Assembly: GCA_964358315.1 (NCBI GenBank)
Contig: CAYHOF010000001.1
Location: 39,916 to 103,915 of the forward strand
Origin: an uncultured Methanosarcinales archaeon
GTDB taxonomy: Archaea > Nanobdellota > Nanobdellia > Woesearchaeales > ARS49
Length of the DNA: 64,000 nucleotides
Direction of reading: 5' to 3'
The notes beneath the pieces are model-generated. The model saw only the letters and a program-made list of their open reading frames with translations, was not told the origin of the DNA and ran no database searches. Both the position numbers and the translations under genes were made by a program. Shown here piece by piece: positions 56,090 to 64,000 of the stretch (position 1 is its first letter; each line of letters starts with the position of its first letter).

Positions 56090-57694
56090 TCACCTGATGG
56101 AGATTGCGTTGTAGACCTTGACAGGGTGCGCTTTGCCCTTGAGCTGCAGCGGCGCGAGTTCCCGTGCGGTGACGCTCTTGGTGATCTGGTCGTGGGTGTT
56201 TTGCGTCATGAGTACTTGGTTGTCGGCTGCCTGCGAGCAGAGGCGCGCGGCGGTGTTGACGTGGTCGCCGATCGCGGTGTAGTCCATGCGTCGCTCGCCG
56301 CCGATGTTGCCGACCACGACGTTGCCGCTGTCGATGCCGACACCCATGCCTACCTCAGGTAGTCCCTGGCGCTTCCATTTGGATTGGAGCGCGCGGAACG
56401 CCTGCTGCATCTCGATCGCGGTCGCGACCGCGCGCTTGGCGTGGTCTTCGAAGAAGACAGGCGCGCCGAACATGGCGACGATCTCGTCGCCGACGAACTT
56501 GTCGAGCGTGCCCTTGTTCTTGAGGATGATGTCGGTCATGACGCTGAAGTAGTCGTTGAGCATGCCCACGACGGTCTCAGGCGCGATCTTTTCTGAAAGC
56601 GAAGTGAAGCCGCGCAGGTCGCTGAAGAGCATGGAGACTTCGTGGCGTTCGCTGCGAAGCGCGTTGCGCTCAGGGTCCTTGAGCAGGAGTTCAAGCACTT
56701 CGCCGCTCACGTAACGCGAGAACACGTCCTTGAGCTTCTTCTTCTCGCGGTCCTCGAAGAGCGCGGAGTCGGATTGGCGCGCGATGACGGTGAGGATGCG
56801 CTTGTCCTCCTCGCTGAAGCCGTCGGCGTTGGATGAATTGGCCATGCCGAACGCGGCATGGTCGTCGCCGATCGTGACAGGCACGCACACGCCTTGCTTG
56901 AGGTGCACGTTGAGGTCCTTCTCGACCATTTCGCCCTGCGCGATGGCGTTGTCGGCGAACATGGTGAGTTCCTTCTTGTGCGCGGACGCGTTGCCTGCTG
57001 CCGCGAACTTTTGTGTCTTGGTCTTGCTGTCCGTGACGATCACGAACGCGCTCTTGGCGCTCGTGCTCTTCGGGATCTGTTCGGCGAGCGCGTCGATGAG
57101 CGTCTGTGTGTCCTTGCCGTACTTCTCCTTGATCTTGTCGATCTCGTAGATGATCTTGAGTTCCTTGTTCTTCTGCGTGACGTTCTCTCCTGCCTTGACG
57201 TAGTCGAGCGCGGGCGGGAGTTGTTCAGAAAGCGTGCTGATCGTGTGCAAGCTGCGCTGCTTGAAGGGCAGGCGGCGCATGCGGAAGACGACGATGGCGC
57301 CGATGAATTGCTGCTTGAAGCGCAAGGGCTTTGCGAGCGCGCAGGCGACGCCTGCGGCGCGCAGTTTCTGGTGCGGGCGCGTGTTGTTGACGCACACGTA
57401 GTTGCCCTGCGCGATGGCGCCGTTCGCGAGCGCGAGCAGCACATCATTATGCTGCTGTGCGAGTTCAGGCATGGTGCTTGCTGCAACCACGGATTGTTCG
57501 CCTTCTTTGAGAATGATGGCGACGAAGCGCGAAGCGAGTTCTTGTGCGATGAAGCCGGCCGCTTTTTGCAGGAATTCCTGGCTGTTGCTTGTCTGGTCGC
57601 GCAGCTGGCTGAGACGGTTCATCGTCTCAAGCTGGCGCGTACGCACTTTCAACTTGGTTGCCAGGATGTCCGACCGTGACCTGAAAAGACCCAT
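56090..57694 (-). CDS. Class III adenylate cyclase with two GAF domains
   Basis: LFSDLRGFT, DKFVGDEIVAMFGAP, GNIG..MDYTAIGDHVNTAARL, LKGK; the K and D specificity residues indicate ATP. Confidence 0.92.
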   Translation of the reverse strand: MGLFRSRSDILATKLKVRTRQLETMNRLSQLRDQTSNSQEFLQKAAGFIAQELASRFVAIILKEGEQSVVAASTMPELAQQHNDVLLALANGAIAQGNYVCVNNTRPHQKLRAAGVACALAKPLRFKQQFIGAIVVFRMRRLPFKQRSLHTISTLSEQLPPALDYVKAGENVTQKNKELKIIYEIDKIKEKYGKDTQTLIDALAEQIPKSTSAKSAFVIVTDSKTKTQKFAAAGNASAHKKELTMFADNAIAQGEMVEKDLNVHLKQGVCVPVTIGDDHAAFGMANSSNADGFSEEDKRILTVIARQSDSALFEDREKKKLKDVFSRYVSGEVLELLLKDPERNALRSERHEVSMLFSDLRGFTSLSEKIAPETVVGMLNDYFSVMTDIILKNKGTLDKFVGDEIVAMFGAPVFFEDHAKRAVATAIEMQQAFRALQSKWKRQGLPEVGMGVGIDSGNVVVGNIGGERRMDYTAIGDHVNTAARLCSQAADNQVLMTQNTHDQITKSVTARELAPLQLKGKAHPVKVYNAISIR

Positions 57695-57809
57695 TGTGCT
57701 TCACTCGAGAGGATCGGGTCAGAAGTGCCTTATAAATCTTTCTCTTTTTGTAACTCTAAAGTAGCAAATAAGGCTATCTTTATATAGGGTCGGCGCGTGA
57801 GGCGCCGTC

Positions 57810-59036
57810 ATGGGACGCAAGCACGAACGAAAGAACAGCCAAGACCAGGCAAAAGCACCTGCTCCGGGCAGGCGTTTCTCGGGTGTGACCATAGCGGGCG
57901 TTGTCGGCGTTGCCGTGCTCGGCGCCGCGTTTGGCCTTGTGACATGTAACAACAAAACATATGGCAACAAGCCTCGTGTCGAACCACGTCGCAAAGCGCC
58001 GGTCAAGGAAACGCGCAAGCCAATCGCTCACTACATAGACGGCAGCAGGATCGCGTGGGAATCGTTGCCTGTCACCTACACTGATTTGCGAGAAAATCCC
58101 GCGACACAGGAGAACGTCAGGTCACAGTCGCTCCTTGTCAACGCCATCGATGGCTTCCGCACGCAGCGCTTGCCGGGCAAGGTGGGAACGCCCCAACGAC
58201 TGGAGGTCATGTTGCATTCGGTTCAGGAGCGCCAGGAGCTGCTGAGTGAGATGCCCCCTGGCTACGACCAGTTCGTCCGTGACGCGCAAGCCCTTGTGGA
58301 CGATGCGAGGATCACGATACGCACCGTGCCGCACTACCCTGCGCCTGGCATCAAATTCAAGCTCGCCACGAAAGACGATGACACGACCGTGCTGGTTGAT
58401 TATCGTGAGTTCCTCACAAATGACGTGACGATATACATCGCGGGCAGTCACACTGCGGACATCGTCGGGACCGTGCGTGTACACGGTACTGGCCAGGTGC
58501 AGTTCAATGCAGACGTCACGCACACCCAGCACCTTGCGGGCGATGTCATCGAACATATGAAGGTCACTGCCAAAGGCGGCAAGGTATATCCCGCGCTTTG
58601 GTTCTCTCCCGTGACGCATTATTGGTCAGGTGGCACGCCTGCGTCGCTCGACAATATCCTGGGTGAATACCTGCACTGCGTCGTGAGCCCTCGCACAGTC
58701 CAGCATTCTTCTGCTGCATACGCTGCCCACATCAACGCGACAGGTATGTCAATCAATGCGGCTCATGCTCAGCAACTCTTCAACAGCATCTTCAGGAAGT
58801 ACGACCTGTTGGAGGAAGCGATCGTGCACGGTGCGGCACATAGCGTGACGAAGCACTGGTTGCAGGAGCACGGGATGCCTTTGGAAGAGTTCGGTGCCAA
58901 CTATCGAGGCGTGCGTGAGATCGAGGAGCACTGTGACAAGGTCGGAATCGTCCAACTCCTGAACGAATACGTGCAGCAGCCCGACGAGCTCATCAAGCTC
59001 GCGAACATCAAGCACGACGCGCCCGAGGGACGTTAA
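57810..59036 (+). CDS. N-terminally anchored hypothetical protein with degenerate zincin-like motif
   Basis: Basic leader plus RRFSGV..GVVGV TM; GEYLH...EEAIVHG; TTTATATA at 57779-57786. Confidence 0.65.
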   Translation: MGRKHERKNSQDQAKAPAPGRRFSGVTIAGVVGVAVLGAAFGLVTCNNKTYGNKPRVEPRRKAPVKETRKPIAHYIDGSRIAWESLPVTYTDLRENPATQENVRSQSLLVNAIDGFRTQRLPGKVGTPQRLEVMLHSVQERQELLSEMPPGYDQFVRDAQALVDDARITIRTVPHYPAPGIKFKLATKDDDTTVLVDYREFLTNDVTIYIAGSHTADIVGTVRVHGTGQVQFNADVTHTQHLAGDVIEHMKVTAKGGKVYPALWFSPVTHYWSGGTPASLDNILGEYLHCVVSPRTVQHSSAAYAAHINATGMSINAAHAQQLFNSIFRKYDLLEEAIVHGAAHSVTKHWLQEHGMPLEEFGANYRGVREIEEHCDKVGIVQLLNEYVQQPDELIKLANIKHDAPEGR

Positions 59037-59037
59037 G

Positions 59038-60150
59038 ATGGGAAGAAGGCGAAAGAACGGAAAGGCACAACTCGAAACACCCATCCAGAGTAGACGACGC
59101 TTCAGTGGCGTCGCGGTGACAGGAGTGGTGGGCGTTGTGGTGGGGCTGGGTCTTTCTGCCAGCTGGTACCGAACGTCCAGACATGAAACCCACACTGCGC
59201 CCGAAGTCCGACCTGCCGTGCAGGAAACCGTCAAGACGTACGCTCCGCTCGAACAGCTCGCCAACGACAAACATCCATCCCTCGGCCATGTCGAACTTCA
59301 CCTTGAAGGACAGAAGCCGCCCATCATCTACGTCCCGTTGGTCCATGATAGCATGAGCGGCAATGTCGATGAGGGCAATGCACAAATCGTCTCGAACACG
59401 GTCACGACGTTGGAGCATTTGCATCAGGCGTATGGTCTCCATCACCTCGCCCTTGAAGGCATCGATGCTCCCTCGACGGCGAAGCACAATGCGGGGAGGG
59501 CCACGCTTGAGCTGTCGCGGACACAGTCAGTCGGAACCGCATTGCGGGCGTTCAACACCCTCTTCTCCCGTCATCGATTCACTCTTGTCTCCACAGAAGA
59601 TTCGGGCGAGCCGGCCCACATGGACATCCATGTCGCATGGCGTCAGGAAATCATTTCCGTCAAAGACCACATCGGATCACAAGGGTGGATGAAAGACAAG
59701 GCCGAGTTCCTGCGGCGAAGGGCAGACATAGAAGCGCTCATATCCACTGTCAGCGAAAAGTACGGCAGGCAGATGGTGGACTACTACCGATCCGACCCTG
59801 ACCTTTCGAAGGCGTATGCTGCCGCCGTCGTTGAGCGTGATGCTTTCGCACTCTCGTCGCTCGAGAACTCCCTCGGTCCACGAGGCGGGATCCTTCTCAT
59901 GGGCGCAGGGCACGAGCCCGACGTCATACGCCAGCTACGTGCGCGCAGACGAAGTTACATCATCGTGGCACCACGCGGCATTCCCCGGCCCACACCCGAG
60001 GGCAGTGGCAGCATGAACGATTTCGCTGACTCCCTCTGTCCCGAACTGCAACTGATCTTCAACGTCCGCGATGGACCCGTGTACGAGGCCATATCGCTGA
60101 CAGTGCGCCTGCCGACGTACGCGCAGTGGCGGCAAGCAAAGCAGAAGTGA
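59038..60150 (+). CDS. N-terminally anchored protein, possible TraB/ChaN/EreA-fold
   Basis: Same leader as 57810; LVH, LALEG, ERD, LLMGAGHE motifs. Confidence 0.6.
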   Translation: MGRRRKNGKAQLETPIQSRRRFSGVAVTGVVGVVVGLGLSASWYRTSRHETHTAPEVRPAVQETVKTYAPLEQLANDKHPSLGHVELHLEGQKPPIIYVPLVHDSMSGNVDEGNAQIVSNTVTTLEHLHQAYGLHHLALEGIDAPSTAKHNAGRATLELSRTQSVGTALRAFNTLFSRHRFTLVSTEDSGEPAHMDIHVAWRQEIISVKDHIGSQGWMKDKAEFLRRRADIEALISTVSEKYGRQMVDYYRSDPDLSKAYAAAVVERDAFALSSLENSLGPRGGILLMGAGHEPDVIRQLRARRRSYIIVAPRGIPRPTPEGSGSMNDFADSLCPELQLIFNVRDGPVYEAISLTVRLPTYAQWRQAKQK

Positions 60151-60304
60151 GTCCGATCATGCATTGTTCGCAGTACCTGTATCCCTTTTGCTTTGGCAGG
60201 TGCACTCACATCCTTCATTGAAATGCACCCGATCGCATCCGAGAATTGACACGCCACCCGCTCGACGCATAGCTTTTTGAACAACTCCCTTCTCCCGGCC
60301 TGTC

Positions 60305-61411
60305 ATGGGGGGCATACGCAATCTCGTGCTCGGCGGCGTCGCTGCGGCGCTTTTGTCGCTGACCGCGTGCAACCATCGCAAGAACGAGGTCCACGTGCAG
60401 TTCCGCGATCCCGCGCCGCTCGCGGAGATCGTTGACTTGGAGCAGGCAATGCCTGTGTCGGTCACGCCGGTCGTGGCGTCTAAATCCGTTCTTCTCGCGC
60501 AGTACGAGCATTCCGCTGTCAACGAGGTCACCGTTGTCCACGAAGGCAAGGGCATCGTCCTCGTGCCTTGGCTGCGCACGCGCGGCCGTGCGCCCAACGA
60601 CAGCGAGATCGTCGACATCGTGAAGAACCATGACGCCGTGCTGGACGTGGTGTGCGACCTTTTCGACAAAAGGTATGCGGACGCGCTTCTCGTGCAGGAG
60701 ACCACGCCGGACGTGGCCAGGAGCTACAACAAGTTGCGCATGACGCTGCCACTCGTCATGGCGGTGTACCGTCCGGGATGGGTGGAAGGGTACAAAACGT
60801 TATGCGAATCGCGTCCGTGGACGCTTGTCGGGAGCAACCTTGAGAGTAGCGAACCATCGTCGCTGGAAGCCATCAATATCCAGCACCAGCGGGACTTCCG
60901 CGTCATGATCAGCCGTTGGCAACACGCGGGCTGGACCGCGTCGTCCACGGCATTCGAGAGCCATCGTGCCGCGGCGAACGCGGACATGGAGATGTTGTGC
61001 GCCACGTATTGCAAACAGATCAGCGTGTATTACGAAGAGGATCCGGGTGCGGCGGTGTTATACGAACGCGAAAACCTCCGCGAGCAGGCAGTCATAGCCT
61101 CGGCGCAGCTCGCGTTGCAGAAGGGCGCACGTAACGTCATGGTCGTTTATGACACGAACAACGAACAAGGATTGCGTGCAGAAGCCGCGCGCCAGGGGGT
61201 GTCGCTCACTGTCGTACGAACCAAGGGCGTCCCTGCGTATGTGGACTACACCGATGAGGCGCGGCGCGCGCTGCTGCGCAAGCAGCATTTCTGGCTGGAC
61301 GAAGAAGTATCGGTGCGATTCCCCGCGATCGACGTCCGCTACCGCATCGACATCAAGAGCACGCAACTGTACCAGCAGTGCATCGTGAAGGGAAAGCCGC
61401 TGGTGCGCTGA
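60305..61411 (+). CDS. Lipoprotein, probable divergent paralog of 59038..60150
   Basis: LTAC lipobox; IVLVPWL, ALLVQE, WTLVG, LRE, VMVVY and SLTVVRTKGVP are colinear with IIYVPLV, LALEG, FTLVS, ERD, LLMG and SYIIVAPRGIP. Confidence 0.6.
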   Translation: MGGIRNLVLGGVAAALLSLTACNHRKNEVHVQFRDPAPLAEIVDLEQAMPVSVTPVVASKSVLLAQYEHSAVNEVTVVHEGKGIVLVPWLRTRGRAPNDSEIVDIVKNHDAVLDVVCDLFDKRYADALLVQETTPDVARSYNKLRMTLPLVMAVYRPGWVEGYKTLCESRPWTLVGSNLESSEPSSLEAINIQHQRDFRVMISRWQHAGWTASSTAFESHRAAANADMEMLCATYCKQISVYYEEDPGAAVLYERENLREQAVIASAQLALQKGARNVMVVYDTNNEQGLRAEAARQGVSLTVVRTKGVPAYVDYTDEARRALLRKQHFWLDEEVSVRFPAIDVRYRIDIKSTQLYQQCIVKGKPLVR

Positions 61412-61825
61412 TCAACGGGTCCTGACCTCGCATCCCACGCTGCGGGTGTCCGTGTCGATGACGATCCTGTTCTTCATGCCTTCCGCAGCGAGCGTGCGGC
61501 AGATCGTGCGTCGTGAGAAGTACCGCGCGATCACGTCCTCGACAGTGCCTGTCTTCGCCGTTCTGTATGTCTTGTAACGCATCGCGGTCTTCGACACCAT
61601 GATGATAGACGGACGGTGGCCGATGGCGTCGGCCGCGGCGTGGCACATCGTTTCAAGGCCGGCCGTCGCTCCGGAGAAGCTCCCGACATAGCCGAGATTG
61701 AGTTGTCTGCAGTAGATGGCGACCCCTATAGATGTATCGTTCCATCCTGTCGAGGCGACCGCGGGATACCGCACGACCGCGTAGGGGCTGTTCGTTCGTA
61801 CTTCTATGGCCGTGTCATTCGACAA
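61412..61825 (-). CDS. Hypothetical protein (TTG start overlapping ileS end)
   Basis: Fills gap downstream of ileS; no recognised motif. Confidence 0.4.
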   Translation of the reverse strand: MSNDTAIEVRTNSPYAVVRYPAVASTGWNDTSIGVAIYCRQLNLGYVGSFSGATAGLETMCHAAADAIGHRPSIIMVSKTAMRYKTYRTAKTGTVEDVIARYFSRRTICRTLAAEGMKNRIVIDTDTRSVGCEVRTR

Positions 61826-64000
61826 CGTCGAGGTGCAACGTGAAGGGCTTTCCCTTCACCGTCGCCTGCGCGCTGTGTGTGTATGAATGTGAGGGTGGCG
61901 TGTCGGCTATCGTGAGCGACTTCGCGTTGACCTTTTGCGCGATCGTTTCGCCGAATGGTTGCAGGCCTTTGACGAGCGCCGCGTCGACCACGATATGCGC
62001 GTGGACGCGCTGGTTCTTCGTCAGGCCCGTGTCCTTGCGCAGCTGCTGCAGCCGTCGCGTGATCTCCCGGCTGAACCCTTCTGCCTCGAGCGCGGGCGTG
62101 ACCTCGTTGTCGACGTAGGCCAAGCCGCCTGGGAATGAGACCTCGACAAGGTGTTGCGGCACGAGACGCTCGACGTTGAAGTGCGTGGTGTTGAGCTCGG
62201 CGACGCCGGTCGGATGCTTGAGCGTGGACGTGCCTTGGCCCACGACCTCGCGGTAGACCGCGGCCAGGTTTTTCTTGGCAAGTTCTGCCTCGACGTTCTT
62301 GGCGGACGCGCCAAACGACTTGCCCAGCATTGCGCGGTTCAGCGTGATGGTCTCCTTGACCTCGGGGATGTTCGTCTGGAGCAGCACCTCTTTGCAGTTG
62401 GTCTGGCGCTTGATCGCGTCGCGCAACTGCTCGACAGCCTTGATGCTGTTCGTCTCCTGCGTGACGACGTAGAGGCGCGGCAGCGGCCAGCGCAGGCTGC
62501 GCTGGCACTTCTCGCGGCCATACAATGCTGCCTGGATGATCTGTTGCGCGAACACCATGTTCTCCTCGAGCGCGTAATCGATGGCGTTCTCGCTCACGTT
62601 CGGCCACGGGTGCAGGTGCACGCTCTCGTGCGGCAGCGTGAAGCGGACGCGCAAGCGCTGGAAGATGGCCTCGGTGATGAACGGGCAGATTGGCGCGAAG
62701 AGTTCGATGGCGCGCATGAGCGCATGATAGCTCGTGTAGAGCACGACCGCGCGCTCGTCGTCGCTGCCGTTCGCCTTCTCGCGCACCATCTGGATGTAGG
62801 TGCGTGAGAGGTCGCCGATGAGCGCATCGACCGCGCCAGGCACTTGGTTGAGCGCGTATTCCTCGAAGAGCTGCGTGACCTTCTTCGTCGTGCTGTTGAT
62901 GCGCGAGAACATGTAACGCTCCTCGGTCTCGAGCTGCGCGAGCATGACGGTATCCTCCATCCGTGTGGGGTTCTGGCCGAGTTGGTCGGCGAGGTCGATG
63001 ACGAAGTTGTGCAGGTTCCAGAGCACAAGCAGGTTCTTGACCTTGGTCTTGACATCCTCGGGGTTGTAGCTCAAATCGAGACCGGGCTGTGCGCTACTGA
63101 TCGTGTAGTAGCGCAGCGTGTCCGCGCCATGCTGGTCGATGACCTCGTAGGGCGACACGCCGGTCTTGAGCGACTTCGAGAACTTGCGGCCTTGCGCGTC
63201 GTTGATGAAGCCGTGCATGTACACGGCCTTGAACGGTATGCGGCCGAAGCTCACCATGCTCAGGCAGCTGAGCGAGTTGAACCAGCCACGGATCTGGTCC
63301 TTGCCTTCCAGGATCAGGTCAGGCGTGCCGAGTTTCTCGAGCAGGCCGGTCTTTGATGGATAATCAAGCGTCGCCCAGGGCGCTGCGCCCGAGTCGAGCC
63401 AGACGTCCAGCACGTCAGGCACGCGCGTGTACGTCTTGCCGTCCTTGACGATCTCGACATCGTCGATCCAGGGCCGGTGCAGGTCGTTGACTGTTTGCCC
63501 TGAGAGTTTTTCGAGTTCGGCTTTCGAGCCGACAAGCAGGTAGTCGCCTTCGTCATTGATCCAGATCGGGAGCGGGATGCCCCAGAAGCGCTGGCGCGAA
63601 ATGCACCAGTCCTGCAGGTTGGAAAGCCACGAATCGAACCACTTGTTGCCTGCCCATTCGGGCGTCCAGCGCACGTCCTTGTTGAGCGTGCGCATGGTCT
63701 CACGCAACTGCTCGACGGCCAGGAACCACTGTTCTGTCGCGCGGAAAATGACCGGGTCCTTGCTGCGCCAGCACAACGGGTACTCGTGCTCGATCTCGCC
63801 TGCGTCGATGAGGTTGCCGCGCTTGCGCAACTGCTCGACAAAGACCGCGTCGTCCACTTTCGCGCGCAAGCCTGCCAAGTATTCCATGCTACTTGGGAAC
63901 ACGCCGTGCTCGTCCACATCATTGTATGGTGGGATGTCGTACTCCTTGCCCACCTCGAAGTCCTCCGCGCCACAGCCAGGCGCGCAGTGCACGAGGCCAG
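61815..64000 (-). CDS. ileS: Isoleucyl-tRNA synthetase (5' part outside window)
   Basis: GLVHCAPGCGAEDF, HEYPLCWR, DWCISRQRFWGIPLPIW, DVWLDSG, EGKDQIRGWF, KFSKS. Confidence 0.96.
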   Translation of the reverse strand, partial: GLVHCAPGCGAEDFEVGKEYDIPPYNDVDEHGVFPSSMEYLAGLRAKVDDAVFVEQLRKRGNLIDAGEIEHEYPLCWRSKDPVIFRATEQWFLAVEQLRETMRTLNKDVRWTPEWAGNKWFDSWLSNLQDWCISRQRFWGIPLPIWINDEGDYLLVGSKAELEKLSGQTVNDLHRPWIDDVEIVKDGKTYTRVPDVLDVWLDSGAAPWATLDYPSKTGLLEKLGTPDLILEGKDQIRGWFNSLSCLSMVSFGRIPFKAVYMHGFINDAQGRKFSKSLKTGVSPYEVIDQHGADTLRYYTISSAQPGLDLSYNPEDVKTKVKNLLVLWNLHNFVIDLADQLGQNPTRMEDTVMLAQLETEERYMFSRINSTTKKVTQLFEEYALNQVPGAVDALIGDLSRTYIQMVREKANGSDDERAVVLYTSYHALMRAIELFAPICPFITEAIFQRLRVRFTLPHESVHLHPWPNVSENAIDYALEENMVFAQQIIQAALYGREKCQRSLRWPLPRLYVVTQETNSIKAVEQLRDAIKRQTNCKEVLLQTNIPEVKETITLNRAMLGKSFGASAKNVEAELAKKNLAAVYREVVGQGTSTLKHPTGVAELNTTHFNVERLVPQHLVEVSFPGGLAYVDNEVTPALEAEGFSREITRRLQQLRKDTGLTKNQRVHAHIVVDAALVKGLQPFGETIAQKVNAKSLTIADTPPSHSYTHSAQATVKGKPFTLHLDVVE

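Noticed and set aside
60151-60304. Intergenic gap examined for tRNA or ncRNA
   Set aside because: No cloverleaf, T-loop or convincing stem found by eye.

Overview
High-GC archaeal chromosomal segment, most consistent with a DPANN lineage (Woesearchaeota-like). This is inferred from TATA boxes about 22-30 nt before many start codons, class III (RRAQ|xTV) signal peptides, an archaeal-type IleRS and DPANN-style Cys-rich surface proteins. Contents in order: (1) 1-17.7 kb, an apparently duplicated surface-assembly module (class III signal protein, giant Cys-rich Ig/FN3 protein, polytopic membrane protein) ending in a tandem Fis-type HTH gene; (2) a divergent pyrE/pyrF pair; (3) a bacterial-type fatty-acyl handling cluster (AcpS, an acyl-AMP ligase-ACP-PlsC fusion, a Lit/DUF1461-like protein, MFS) beside a bacterial-type MetRS; (4) surface metallopeptidases, including an M15 peptidoglycan-peptidase-like domain; (5) a 41-48 kb accessory/defence region with AT-rich islands, SRA-like-HNH and DpnI-like nucleases, and a RelE toxin-antitoxin (TA) module bracketed by a 31-bp direct repeat; here several tiny toxin/antitoxin-like genes share a CCGGAAAAATCACG motif 60-62 nt upstream of their start codons; (6) a complete C50-type carotenoid operon; (7) a GAF adenylate cyclase, three anchored hypothetical proteins and a partial ileS. 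No rRNA, tRNA, CRISPR array or transposase was recognised. All family calls come from motif recognition by eye, not database searches.
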